A stretch of DNA of 64,000 nucleotides, taken from contig CAVZMH010000001.1 of the NCBI GenBank assembly GCA_963776345.1, forward strand, positions 64,001 through 128,000, written 5' to 3'. The DNA is from an uncultured delta proteobacterium (GTDB taxonomy: Bacteria > Myxococcota > Myxococcia > Myxococcales > Myxococcaceae). The notes below the pieces were generated by a model. It made no database searches, was not told the origin of the DNA, and saw only the letters and a list, made by a program, of their open reading frames with translations. Position numbers and translations under genes: made by a program. Below, one piece after another: positions 43,474 through 53,253 of this stretch (its first letter is position 1; every line of letters begins with the position of its first letter).

Positions 43474-45081
43474 TTACATGCTCAGCCGCAGGCCCACGCC
43501 CACGTCGAGGATGGGGGCGTTCAGCGGACCGAACACCGCGTCGACGTTCGAAGGGATCCCGCTCACCCCTGGCACCGAGGCCAGCGACTGGCGCGGGAAC
43601 CCCAGTCTCAGCTCGCCGCCCGTCCGCCCGAAGTGACCCGCGACGTAGCTCTCCACCGTCAGGTAGCTGAGCACCGTCACCACGAAGTCCAGCCGGGCGA
43701 GGTAGGTCCCGTCGCTCAGGTTGCCGATGCCCGAGAGGATCCACGTCGTCTTCGCGGTCGTGTCCAGCAGCGTGGCGCTGAGCGCCAGGTAGTGCTTGCC
43801 CACGTAGAACGGCTGGAATCCGCCGACCAGGAGCAGCGTCAGGTACTCGTCCCGGGAGTAGCTGGCCGAGTTGTAGAAGTACTCCCCTCCGAACGTGATG
43901 CTCTTGTTTCCCTCGAAGTTGAGCGAGTAGGTCACTCCGCCCGCCGCCTGGATGACCGGCGTGGAACGGGGGGGAATGGTCACCGTGACCTGGTTGGTGG
44001 TGGTGACCGTGGTGCCCGGAGGGACCCCGGGCACGAGCCCCGAGACGTCGACCGGGGTGCTGAGGGCGAACGTTCGGGTGGTCGGCGAATCCAGCCCGTT
44101 CTTCCAGGCCACCTCTCCGTAGAAATCGAGGTCGCCGAGCGCCATCGTCACGTCCGCCCCGAGCCGCGACGCGCGGTTCCGCTGCGCGAGCCCGTCCAGG
44201 CCGAAGGCGCCGTTCTTGAAGGCGAACTCCGCCCGGAAAGCGCCGCCCACGTCCTGGAGCGCGGTTCCGCTCGTCCCGGTGGGGTTGATGCCCGTGCCTC
44301 CGGGGTTCTCGACCGAGCCGCTCCCCGAGTACCCGCCACCGACGTTCTGCGTCGGCTCGAACACCGCGACGGCGCTGAAGTTCCAGCCCATCCTCTCCCA
44401 CGGCACCTGCGCCCGGATCATCGTCACCCCGAGCCGCGCGTCGAAGAGGGCCAGCGGATCCCGCGGCTGGCTGGCGAGGAAATCGGTGGGGGAGAAGAAC
44501 CGCGCCACGCCCCACTTCACGTGCTGGCGCCCCACGGTGACGAACACCGAGTGGGCGATGTCGAACCCGAGCCACGCCTGATCGAGCAGCACCGCCGGGT
44601 TGCTGGCGGTGGTCGACGCCGGGACACCCGGGAGCGCCGTGCCGCCCACCGTGGCCGAGAGGAACGGGTCGTAGGTCAGCCGGCCGAGGACGAACGCCCG
44701 GAGCCGCTCGGTCGGCCGGACATCCAGGTACGCGTCGACCAGCGTGGGCGCGGACATCCGTGACTCGCCGAACGGCTGGTCCTGGCTCACCTGGAGGAAG
44801 GCCCGGGTGTAGAAGAGCCCGCCGATCTTCAGCGGATCCTCCTGAACCCGCCCGCTGGCGAACGCATCCGAGGAGGGCGCCGCGTCGAGCCCACGGGACT
44901 CCTGTGCGCCGGCCGGGGTTCCGGCGTCGGGGGCACCTCCGAACAGCGACTCCTCGCTCGGTCGAGCTCGGACACCGGCGCCCGCGTCGGCCTTGCCGCG
45001 GAACAGCGCGTCCTCGTCCGGACGCTGGGCCCGGGCCGCGAGCGAGATCGCGAGTGCCGCCACGACGGCCCAGCGTCTCAT
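43474..45081 (-). CDS. Probable outer-membrane beta-barrel protein of the ABC/LolA-like operon
   Basis: Signal peptide, DEDALF, TVGRQHVKWG..FFSPTDFL, GGEYFYN, C-terminal VGLRLSM. ATGA overlap. Confidence 0.78.
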   Translation of the reverse strand: MRRWAVVAALAISLAARAQRPDEDALFRGKADAGAGVRARPSEESLFGGAPDAGTPAGAQESRGLDAAPSSDAFASGRVQEDPLKIGGLFYTRAFLQVSQDQPFGESRMSAPTLVDAYLDVRPTERLRAFVLGRLTYDPFLSATVGGTALPGVPASTTASNPAVLLDQAWLGFDIAHSVFVTVGRQHVKWGVARFFSPTDFLASQPRDPLALFDARLGVTMIRAQVPWERMGWNFSAVAVFEPTQNVGGGYSGSGSVENPGGTGINPTGTSGTALQDVGGAFRAEFAFKNGAFGLDGLAQRNRASRLGADVTMALGDLDFYGEVAWKNGLDSPTTRTFALSTPVDVSGLVPGVPPGTTVTTTNQVTVTIPPRSTPVIQAAGGVTYSLNFEGNKSITFGGEYFYNSASYSRDEYLTLLLVGGFQPFYVGKHYLALSATLLDTTAKTTWILSGIGNLSDGTYLARLDFVVTVLSYLTVESYVAGHFGRTGGELRLGFPRQSLASVPGVSGIPSNVDAVFGPLNAPILDVGVGLRLSM

Positions 45082-45863
45082 CGGCTCTTCGACTCCAGCC
45101 AGGCCTTGGTGAAGATGTTCGCCTCGAGTGGTCTGAGATCTACCGACTTCAGCACCACGATGGTGCTGTTCGCCTTCTCCACCTCGTCGTAGATGCGGAT
45201 CTCGCCCGGGTACCAGACGTCCGCTCCCTTCGATTCGCTGAAGAGCTTCTTCCAGCTCGGGTAGTACAGCGTCCGCATCAGCCGGCCGGAGAGCGCGAAC
45301 TCCTGCCGCTTGAGCACGTTGCCCGTCGCCTGGTCCACCCAGAGCTTCAGCACCGGGAAGGCCACGTCCACCCCGGGCTTCACCTTGGACTCGATGATCC
45401 AGGTGTCGAACGCGCCCAGCTTGGCCTCGCCGGTGAAGGCGGAGGTGTACTCCTCGGCCAGCCGCGACTCGTCGAAGTCCGCCCGGCGGCTGTCGGTGCC
45501 GGCGATGCGCTCGCGCTCGGTGCGGCGGTCCCACTTGCCGGTGGTGGGGTCGTAGCTCCAGAGGTTCTTCTCCAGCCGGAGATAGCCCTTGCCCGCCTCG
45601 CCCTTGGGCTTGGTGAAGAGGATCATCAGCTTCTCGTCTGCGCTGCGCCGGTAGACGATGGCCTCGCGGGCGGTGTCGGTCTTGTCCTTCTCCTTCTGCT
45701 CGAGGTACGCGAGCGAGCGGTAGTCGCCCGAGTTCCGCTGCCGGTCGTCGATGGTCTTCACCACCTCCCCCAGCTCGGCGGGGGCGAGGGCTTTCGCCCG
45801 CACCACCGTCCAGGGCAACAGGCTCACCAGCGCCAGGGCGAGGCGGAGCGTCGTGGTCCTCAT
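45078..45863 (-). CDS. Outer-membrane lipoprotein-sorting protein (LolA-like)
   Basis: Signal peptide; ILFTKP..GKGYL..LWSYDP..RIAGTD..DF; SGRLMRT; FTKAWL. Confidence 0.85.
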   Translation of the reverse strand: MRTTTLRLALALVSLLPWTVVRAKALAPAELGEVVKTIDDRQRNSGDYRSLAYLEQKEKDKTDTAREAIVYRRSADEKLMILFTKPKGEAGKGYLRLEKNLWSYDPTTGKWDRRTERERIAGTDSRRADFDESRLAEEYTSAFTGEAKLGAFDTWIIESKVKPGVDVAFPVLKLWVDQATGNVLKRQEFALSGRLMRTLYYPSWKKLFSESKGADVWYPGEIRIYDEVEKANSTIVVLKSVDLRPLEANIFTKAWLESKSR

Positions 45864-45875
45864 GTCATCTCCCTG

Positions 45876-47177
45876 TCACCCCACCCGGTGCATGGCCGTC
45901 ACCGGCTGCATGCGGGCGGCGAGGAAGGAGGGGAACAGCGCGATGAAGGTGGTGCACCCGGCGATGAGCGCGATGGCGCCCAGCACCGCGATGGGCCGGA
46001 CCAGGAGCCGGACCTCCTCGCGCATCAGGAACAGCTGCAGCGCCACCGGCGCGTGGATGTGCGCCGCGTTCAGCCCCGCGCAGATGGCCAGCCCCAGCGC
46101 CGCCCCGAGCAGGGTGGAGAGGAGCGAGAGGGTGAAGGCCTCGGTCATGAACATCGCCAGCACCCGGGCCCGCTGCATCCCGATGGCGCGCAGCGTGCCG
46201 ATCTCCCGCGTCCGCTCGCGGATGGCGATCCACAGGGTGTTCATCAGCCCCACCGCGATGATGACCAGGAGGATGCCGATCAGCGTATACGACAGCCAGG
46301 TGATGGCGGTGACGGTCCACTGGATGAAGGAGATCTCGTCCTCCCACGAGGTCACGTCCAGCTTCTGGCCCGTCCAGCCCTCGCGGTTGACCGACTGGAA
46401 CTTGAACCAGAAGGCGCGCGGGTCGGGGTCCATGATCTGGAACCCCGCGGCAGCGAGCACCGTCCGGAGCCGCTCCTGGACCCGCGGCACGTCGCGCACG
46501 TCCTTCAGGTAGAGGAAGAGCGCCCCGGTGGCGTCCTCGTTCATCTGGTAGAGCGCCCGGAGCGAGGACTCGGGCACGAAGGTGTTCCACGAGCTGAGCA
46601 GACCGACGTTCTTGGCGACCGCGGCGATGCGGACGTCGACGGTGTTCGCCGCGCCGCGCAGCGTGTACGCGCTGAGGGTCAGCTGGTCGCCCACCCGGAC
46701 CCCCAGCTTCTTCGCCTGCTCGTCGAAGATGAGGATGGTGTTGGGCTCGGAGAGCGCGTCCAGCGAGCCCTCCTGGACCTGGATCACCCGCCGGAACCCG
46801 GGCTCGTTCCTCACCTCGATGCCGCTGACGCCCGTCTGGAGCGAGCCGGTCTCGCTCACCAGCTTGGCCCAGCCCCGGCCGCGCTGGGTCACGTAGTCCA
46901 GCTCCGGGACCTCCTTGCGGATGACTTGAAGCACCTCGCGGTAGCGGGTCACCACCGGCGAGGCCTGCCCGGCCGTCACCTTGAAGAAGCCGCCCACGTT
47001 CACGTGGCCGGTGGTCAGGGTGGTCGCCGACTCGAGGATGGTGAACCGGATCCCGTTGAGGAGCCCCACCAGGAGCACCAGGAGCGCGGTGACGCCCACG
47101 ATGGCCCCACCGAGCAGCAGGGTGCGGCGGCCGTGGTGGACCAGGTTCCGGAAGGCGATGAGGAAGAGCTGGGCCAT
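45876..47177 (-). CDS. ABC transporter permease (LolE/MacB/FtsX family)
   Basis: IAFRNL..RRT, ERTREIGTLRAIG, PSFLAARMQPV.AM. Confidence 0.92.
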   Translation of the reverse strand: MAQLFLIAFRNLVHHGRRTLLLGGAIVGVTALLVLLVGLLNGIRFTILESATTLTTGHVNVGGFFKVTAGQASPVVTRYREVLQVIRKEVPELDYVTQRGRGWAKLVSETGSLQTGVSGIEVRNEPGFRRVIQVQEGSLDALSEPNTILIFDEQAKKLGVRVGDQLTLSAYTLRGAANTVDVRIAAVAKNVGLLSSWNTFVPESSLRALYQMNEDATGALFLYLKDVRDVPRVQERLRTVLAAAGFQIMDPDPRAFWFKFQSVNREGWTGQKLDVTSWEDEISFIQWTVTAITWLSYTLIGILLVIIAVGLMNTLWIAIRERTREIGTLRAIGMQRARVLAMFMTEAFTLSLLSTLLGAALGLAICAGLNAAHIHAPVALQLFLMREEVRLLVRPIAVLGAIALIAGCTTFIALFPSFLAARMQPVTAMHRVG

Positions 47178-47182
47178 GGGCG

Positions 47183-49288
47183 TCACTCGTCCGTCTGCAT
47201 CGCGCGCACCGGCGGCACGCGGGTGGCCAGGAAGGCCGGGTAGAGGGTGGAGAGGGTGGTGACCACGATGACGATCACCAGCGCGGCGAGGATGTTGGTC
47301 CCGCTCAGGGTGGGGAACAGCCGCGGGCCGGAGAAGAAGAAGTACAGGGTCTCGTTCGCCGCGGCGATCCCCCTGGCGTGGAGCGCGGCCACCGTGGCCG
47401 AGCCGAGCAGCGCGCCGGCCCCGCCGAACACCAGCCCCAGGGTCAGCGTCTCGATGACCACCATCGCCAGGATGAAGCCGCGCTGCGCCCCGATGGCCCG
47501 CATCGTCCCCACCTCGGCGGTGCGCTGGAGGGTGGCCATCATCACCGCGTTGTTGATGATCACCATCGCCACCACGAAGATGATGCCCACCGCAAGGTAG
47601 AGCACCACCCGGGCCAGGAGGATGAACTGCCCGAGGAGCCCGGCCGCCTCGCGCCACGACACCACCCGCAGGCCCAGGTTCTCGCGGTCCGACAGCGCGC
47701 GCATCTCCTTCATCGTCTCCTGGATCTTCGTCGGGTCCTTGAGGATGACGGCGGCGTCCAGCACCACCCCCTGGCCGATCTCCTTCGGATCGTAGACGCG
47801 CTTGACCAGGTCCTCGTTCCGGAGCGCCTTCGCCGAGCCCTTGAAGTTCTCCTTCTCGTCGATGAGGCCCGGGGTCGCCTCGGCCACCAGGCGGTGGCTG
47901 GTGGAGCCGAAGAGCTCTTCCTCGGCCCGGCTCCGGTCGATGTCCCGGGTGCCAGCCTCCTTCTTGATGGCGTCGATCTCCGCCTTCTTGTCCGAGCTCA
48001 GGTAGCCGTACAGCTCGCGGAAGCTGACGATGTCCATGAGGTTGATGTTCCCGGAGAGCGCCGACTTCTCCAGCCCCTTGAACTGGAACGTCCCCCACAC
48101 CTTGAGGTTGAGGCTCTGCACGTAGCCGCTTCTCGTGAAGGCGGTGATGGTCAGCACGTCGCCCACCCGAAGCCGGTACAGCTCGAGCAGCGGCGCCAGG
48201 TCCCGATAGAACACGGTGTAGCGCTCGCGGAAGTTCCGGTCGTCGGTGTCGAAGAACTGGTTGAGCAGCGCGTCCAGGTCCTTGCTCGACGAGGCCAGCG
48301 TCCGCTGGAGGACTGCCACCGCCTTCTCGGTCCGGAGCCGGTCGAGCTGGAGGAGGATCTCCCGGGTCTGCGCCCGGTTCTCGCGCACGTACCGCTTGAG
48401 CGTCTCGTCCCCGGCGATCGTCCCCCCGGCGTCCAGCGCGTCCTTGATCTTGTCCAGCCGCCGCGCCGTCTTGAGCTTCAGCTGCTCCTCGTAGACGAAC
48501 TTCGACATCAGGAAGCCGCGGTGGCCCGGAGGCACGGGCTGGCCGTCGACGATCTGCATCCGGTCGAAGTTCTTCTGGAACGCTTCCAAATCCGTGCCGA
48601 CGTAGCGCAGGCCGATGAGGTCGGCGTCCGTGAGCTGGGGCGCCACCCGGTTCTCCAGGAACTCGAGCGCGCCGTACGGGTCCCTGTCGAACCCGGCCCA
48701 GAAGGCATCCGAGGACGCCCGCTCGATGGCCGCGCGGACCTCGGGCTCGAGCGCGCCGGCGGTGTTCATCTCGTTCACCCGGGCCAGGTCGGCCAGGAGC
48801 ACGCGGACGATCTGCCGGACGTGCTCCTTCAGCGAGTCGCGGCGGGCCTCGCGCTCGGGGGTGACGCCCTGCTCCTTCTCCTCACGGACGACGTCGCGCA
48901 GCTCCTCGAGCGTGAGGTCCACCGTGTTCCCGCTGGTGACCATCGCGGCGTTGATGCCCATGGGGATGACGGCCTTCACGTTGGGCACCTTCTCGAGCAG
49001 ACCCTGGGTCCGCTCCCAGTCGGTCATCGGGCTCAGGTCCGGGTCCGCGCCACCGGTGGGCCAGATGGCGAACTCGTCCTTGCTCCGGGCGCTGTACACC
49101 TGCACGTGCCCGGCGACGCTCCCGATGATGCTCCGGCTCATCGAGCTGACCACGCTGTCCAGCAGCGCGCCTCCGACGACGACCAGGAACGTGCCGCCGA
49201 GGATCACCGCCCCGATGAGGAGGTTGATCCGCGACCGGAAGAGGTTCCGGCCGGCGATGCGGAGGAGGATGCCCTCGCGCTCCAGCAC
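47183..49288 (-). CDS. ABC transporter permease (LolC/MacB family) with enlarged periplasmic domain
   Basis: IAGRNLF, GHVQV, QRTAEVGTMRAIG, YPAFLATRV.PV.AM. GTG at 49288. Confidence 0.9.
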   Translation of the reverse strand: MLEREGILLRIAGRNLFRSRINLLIGAVILGGTFLVVVGGALLDSVVSSMSRSIIGSVAGHVQVYSARSKDEFAIWPTGGADPDLSPMTDWERTQGLLEKVPNVKAVIPMGINAAMVTSGNTVDLTLEELRDVVREEKEQGVTPEREARRDSLKEHVRQIVRVLLADLARVNEMNTAGALEPEVRAAIERASSDAFWAGFDRDPYGALEFLENRVAPQLTDADLIGLRYVGTDLEAFQKNFDRMQIVDGQPVPPGHRGFLMSKFVYEEQLKLKTARRLDKIKDALDAGGTIAGDETLKRYVRENRAQTREILLQLDRLRTEKAVAVLQRTLASSSKDLDALLNQFFDTDDRNFRERYTVFYRDLAPLLELYRLRVGDVLTITAFTRSGYVQSLNLKVWGTFQFKGLEKSALSGNINLMDIVSFRELYGYLSSDKKAEIDAIKKEAGTRDIDRSRAEEELFGSTSHRLVAEATPGLIDEKENFKGSAKALRNEDLVKRVYDPKEIGQGVVLDAAVILKDPTKIQETMKEMRALSDRENLGLRVVSWREAAGLLGQFILLARVVLYLAVGIIFVVAMVIINNAVMMATLQRTAEVGTMRAIGAQRGFILAMVVIETLTLGLVFGGAGALLGSATVAALHARGIAAANETLYFFFSGPRLFPTLSGTNILAALVIVIVVTTLSTLYPAFLATRVPPVRAMQTDE

Positions 49289-49290
49289 GG

Positions 49291-50013
49291 TCAGTGCCCT
49301 CCGGAGACGGCGATGGCGGCCGCCGCGGTCTCGCGCCCGACGATCTTCCCGTCTGCCAGCCTCACCACTCCGTCGGCGTGGGCCATCACCTTCGCGTCGT
49401 GGGTGGAGAAGATGAAGGTCGTCCCGTCGCGCTGGTTCATCTCCTTCATCAGATCGATGATCCGCTCGCCGGTGACCGAGTCGAGGTTCGCGGTGGGCTC
49501 GTCGGCGAGGACGATCTGCGGGCTCCCCACCAGCGCCCGCGCCACCGCCACGCGCTGCCGCTGCCCGCCGGACAGCTCGTTCGGACGGTGGCGGGCGTGG
49601 TCGGCGAGCCCCACCTGCTCGAGCAGGGTCATCACCCGCGCGCGCCGCTCGTGCCCCCGGAGCTTCCCCTGGAGCAGGAGCGGGAACTCCACGTTCTGGA
49701 ACACGCTGAGCACGCCCACCAGGTTGAAGCTCTGGAAGATGAAGCCGATGGTGTTCAGCCGGAGCTTGGTGAGCTCGCGCTCGCTCAGGGCCGCGGTGTC
49801 GTGCCCGGTGACGCGCACGGTCCCCCGGGTGGCCACGTCCACGCAGCCGATGAGGTTCAGGAGCGTGGTCTTCCCGCTGCCCGAGGGCCCGGCGATGGAG
49901 ATGAACTCGCCCGGGTACACGTCGAGCGACACGCCCCGGAGCGCCGGGACCACGGTCGACCCGAGCTGGTACTCCTTCACCACGTCGACGATGCTGACGA
50001 TCGGCTCGCTCAC
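49291..50013 (-). CDS. ABC transporter ATP-binding protein (LolD/MacB-like)
   Basis: GPSGSGKTT, IGFIFQSFNL, LSGGQRQRV, ADEPTANLD, STHD. Confidence 0.95.
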   Translation of the reverse strand: MSEPIVSIVDVVKEYQLGSTVVPALRGVSLDVYPGEFISIAGPSGSGKTTLLNLIGCVDVATRGTVRVTGHDTAALSERELTKLRLNTIGFIFQSFNLVGVLSVFQNVEFPLLLQGKLRGHERRARVMTLLEQVGLADHARHRPNELSGGQRQRVAVARALVGSPQIVLADEPTANLDSVTGERIIDLMKEMNQRDGTTFIFSTHDAKVMAHADGVVRLADGKIVGRETAAAAIAVSGGH

Positions 50014-50111
50014 GGTGCTCCTCGCGCCTGGGTCGAGCGGGGCCGCCCTGCCCGCAGGTCCGTGGACGGAGCGCGGGGGTTGGCAGCCCGGTCGGGCTCG
50101 GCACGGGCAGG

Positions 50112-50140
50112 GTGCTACCGGGCGCCACGTCGCGCGTCAA
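50112..50140 (-). promoter_or_regulatory. Putative sigma70 promoter of the ABC operon
   Basis: Minus-strand TTGACG-17-TAGCAC; the -10 element is imperfect. Confidence 0.35.
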
Positions 50141-50455
50141 CGAGAGCCGTGCGTTCCTGCCCTCACCGCCGCCGGAGCTGGGAGCACCGCTGGCGTGGTG
50201 TGAAGTTCGGTGAAGGCGCTCGAATGCGGTGTCGGGGGGCGGGCGCGCGGGCGATCGGCGTCTCGCCGCCGCAGCCGTCGACGGGCGCGGACCCGGGTCC
50301 CGCCGCGCGGTCGCCACCGCGGAGAGACGGAGCCCGGCGCGTGCCAGCGGCCCGGAGGGTCGTCGCCCTCCTCAGCTCGGGCATGTCCCCTGCACCGGGC
50401 GACACCCTGGACCCGGACCGCGGCTGGCCGCTCCCCCCGGGTCAGGAGGTGACAA

Positions 50456-51055
50456 GTGGAGACGCCCTGGACGTCGAGCCGACCGCGGGCGCGCATCCTC
50501 CCCGCCCCCATCCTGGAGGCCCGCGACGAGGCTCGGGAGCTCCTGACCGCCGCCGAGGCGCGCGCCGCCGAGCTGGTCGCCGAGGCGGAGCACCAGGCGG
50601 AGGCCATCCGCAGCGTGGCGTGCGACGCGGGCCGGGACGAGGGTCTGGCCTACGCGCAGCGTCTACTCTTGGAGATCCGTCAGGCGCGGCTCCGCGAGCT
50701 GGAGGGAGACGGGCTCCGCCGCACCGCGATCGAGCTGGCGCTGGCGATGACCCGGCGCGTGCTCGGAGAGTCGTGGAGCGCCGACCCGGGGACCTGGACC
50801 CGTGCCCTGCTCGAGGCCGCCGAGCCGCTTCGCCGGGCACGGGCCATCTCCCTGCGGGTGGCGCCGGCGAGCGCCCCGGCGGTCCGGGCAGCGCTCTCGG
50901 CCGAGCTCACCTCGGGCGCCATCGCGCTGGTCGAGGACGGCGCCGTCGACGAGGCTGGCTGCATCGCCGTCTCCGAGTGCGGCCGGGTGGACGGCCGGCT
51001 CTCGACGATGCTCGCCGCCTTCCGTGGACCGCTGGGCGTGGAGGACCCGAGGTGA
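50456..51055 (+). CDS. sctL: FliH/SctL (YscL/HrpE)-like stator protein
   Basis: SD AGGAGGT; Ala/Glu coiled coil, G..EG, C-term LVED......GC...SE.GRVD..L; directly upstream of the ATPase. Confidence 0.8.
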   Translation: METPWTSSRPRARILPAPILEARDEARELLTAAEARAAELVAEAEHQAEAIRSVACDAGRDEGLAYAQRLLLEIRQARLRELEGDGLRRTAIELALAMTRRVLGESWSADPGTWTRALLEAAEPLRRARAISLRVAPASAPAVRAALSAELTSGAIALVEDGAVDEAGCIAVSECGRVDGRLSTMLAAFRGPLGVEDPR

Positions 51056-52347
51056 GCGCCACGGCGCTCCTCGAGGCGGTGCGCTCGGTGCCGCCGTTCC
51101 GCGTGACCGGCCGCGTGGAGCTGGTCCGGGGGCTCCTCCTCGAGGCCACCCTCCCGGGGGCGCGGGTGGGCGAGGTGGTGACCGTCACCGGCGCTCGCGC
51201 GCAGGTGCTCGCCGAGGTGGTGGGATTTGCCGGGGCGCGGGTGCAGCTGCTCCCGCTCGGCAGCGCCGCGGGCCTGGGCGAGGGCGCCGAGGTGGACTGC
51301 CGTGGCGAATCGCTCACCGTGGGTGTCGGGGAGGCGCTGGTGGGCCGGGTGCTCGACGGGCTCGGTCGTCCGCTCGATGGGCGTCCGCTCCCCACCGGAC
51401 TGCTGCGCTGGTCGGTCGACCGGCCCTGTCCCGAGCCGTTCCGTCGTGCCCGGGTCGACGTGCCTCTCCCGCTCGGCGTCAGGGCCATCGACGGGCCGTG
51501 CACCGTCGGCCGCGGGCAGCGGCTCGGTCTCTTCGCGGGCGCGGGGGTGGGGAAGTCCACCCTGCTCGGGCAGATGGCGCGGCAGACCCGGGCCGAGGTG
51601 ACGGTGGTGGCGCTGGTGGGCGAGCGGGGGCGCGAGCTGCGCGAGTTCGTGGAGGACGCGCTCGGCGCCGAAGGGCTGCGCCGGAGCGTGGTGGTGTGCG
51701 CGACGTCGGACGAGCCGGCGCTGGTCCGGCTTCGGGCAGGCTTCGTGGCCACCGCCATCGCCGAGTGGTTCCGCGAGCAGGGCGGCAACGTGCTCTTCCT
51801 GCTCGACTCGGTGACCCGGCTGGCCCGTGCGCAGCGCGAGGTGGGGCTCGCAGCGGGAGAGCCGCCCGCGCGCCAGGGCTATCCGCCCTCCGTCTTCTCG
51901 ATGCTCCCCAGGCTGCTGGAGCGGACCGGGAACTCGGCCCGCGGCTACTGCACCGCGCTCTACACCTGCCTGGTGGCGGGCGACGATCTCGAGGATCCGA
52001 TCGCCGACGAGGTCCGGGGCATCCTCGACGGCCACGTGGTGCTCGACCGACGCATCGCCGAGCGCGGGCGCTGGCCGGCGGTGGACGTGCTGGCCTCGCT
52101 CTCCCGGGTGATGCCGCAGGTCACCTCGGAGGAGCACCGGCGGCTCGCGTCGCGGCTCCGGGCGCTGCTCGCCGCCCACGAGCAGCGGCGGGACCTCATC
52201 CTCCTCGGGGCCTACGCTCCGGGGACGGACGCGCTGACCGACGAGGCCATCGCTCGCCGGCCGGCGCTCGAGGCGTTCCTCGCCCAGGGGCGGGACGAGC
52301 CTGCCGGCGCGCTGCTGGAGCGGCTCCGGGAGGCGGTCGAAGGATGA
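51052..52347 (+). CDS. sctN: FliI/SctN (YscN) type III export ATPase
   Basis: GQRLGLFAGAGVGKST, GERGRE, LLDSVTR, GEPP..GYPPS, PIADEVRGILDGH. GTGA overlap. Confidence 0.93.
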   Translation: MSATALLEAVRSVPPFRVTGRVELVRGLLLEATLPGARVGEVVTVTGARAQVLAEVVGFAGARVQLLPLGSAAGLGEGAEVDCRGESLTVGVGEALVGRVLDGLGRPLDGRPLPTGLLRWSVDRPCPEPFRRARVDVPLPLGVRAIDGPCTVGRGQRLGLFAGAGVGKSTLLGQMARQTRAEVTVVALVGERGRELREFVEDALGAEGLRRSVVVCATSDEPALVRLRAGFVATAIAEWFREQGGNVLFLLDSVTRLARAQREVGLAAGEPPARQGYPPSVFSMLPRLLERTGNSARGYCTALYTCLVAGDDLEDPIADEVRGILDGHVVLDRRIAERGRWPAVDVLASLSRVMPQVTSEEHRRLASRLRALLAAHEQRRDLILLGAYAPGTDALTDEAIARRPALEAFLAQGRDEPAGALLERLREAVEG

Positions 52348-52842
52348 GCGGTCTGGGGACGCTCCGGCGGCTCAGGAGGGACGCCCGCGACGCCGCGCAG
52401 GAGGCGTTCGCGCGGCGACTCTCGGAGCTTCGCCTGGCCGAGGAGCTCCTCCGGAGGGCGACCGCGCGCTGGGAGTCGCAGCGAGGCCGGTGCTCCGATC
52501 GCGCGGAGGCGCGGCTCTCGGTCCTCGAAGGCGGCGGGGTGGCCGGGCGCGCGGTGCTCCACGCCCGTCACGAGGCACGGCTCCGGGGTGAGCTCGAGGT
52601 CCTCGCCTTCGGGCGCGACGTGGCACGACGGGCGCTCGCGGCTCGGTCGAGTGGAGCGGACGAGGCGCGGGACACGCTGGGGCGGGCGGAGGCCACCCTG
52701 GCGGTGCTGGAGCGGCTGCTCGAGCGCCGGGAGCGGGAGGCGTGGCACCGGCGGCTCCGGCGCGAGGAACGGCTACTCGAGGAGCACGCCTCCGGCGCAC
52801 TGGATGTCGGCGCAACACCGCGCGGTCCGGACGTCCGCCTGA
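52344..52842 (+). CDS. FliJ/SctO-like coiled-coil stalk protein (probable +1 frameshift at ~52794; as sequenced the ORF runs to 53177)
   Basis: ATGA overlap with the ATPase; long charged helix ending RREERLLEE. Removing one G gives ..SAHWMSAQHRAVRTSA* (~165 aa). Confidence 0.6.
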
Positions 52843-53253
52843 ACAACGCCGGCAGACTGGTCGAGCTTCGTCTCGCTTCGGCACGAGTAGCGTGCGCGCC
52901 CGCCAGGTCGTCAAGCGTAGGCAACGCGGATCACGTTGACGTGTTCCGCGGGGAGCCTGCTCCAGAGCACGCGATGTCGGAACACGCCCCGGAGCCACGA
53001 TGCCTCGACGTCCTCTGCCGTCTCGACATCGTCGCGGAACGTCGGCAGTGCTCGAGGACTCGGCAGCGCGTAACTCGGGGAGACTCGCGCGGCGCCCGAG
53101 CATCCTTCTCGACCTATCCCGCCAGGCCCTTCTGCACACCTTGTCGGTGCCAGCGCAGCGCGTCCCGGCGACGATGAGGCTCAGCCCAGGCAGAACAGCT
53201 TTCCCGCGACCGTGATTGGCACCTGCTCCCTCGTCGCGCGGGCAGTTTCCCGC

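Noticed and set aside
50014..50455. Small ORFs upstream of sctL as an SctK-like gene
   Set aside because: Arg/Gly/Pro-rich, no SD or coding bias; more likely a divergent promoter region.
52842..53177. C-terminal extension of the SctO-like ORF as a real domain
   Set aside because: Non-protein-like composition; better explained by a +1 error at ~52794.
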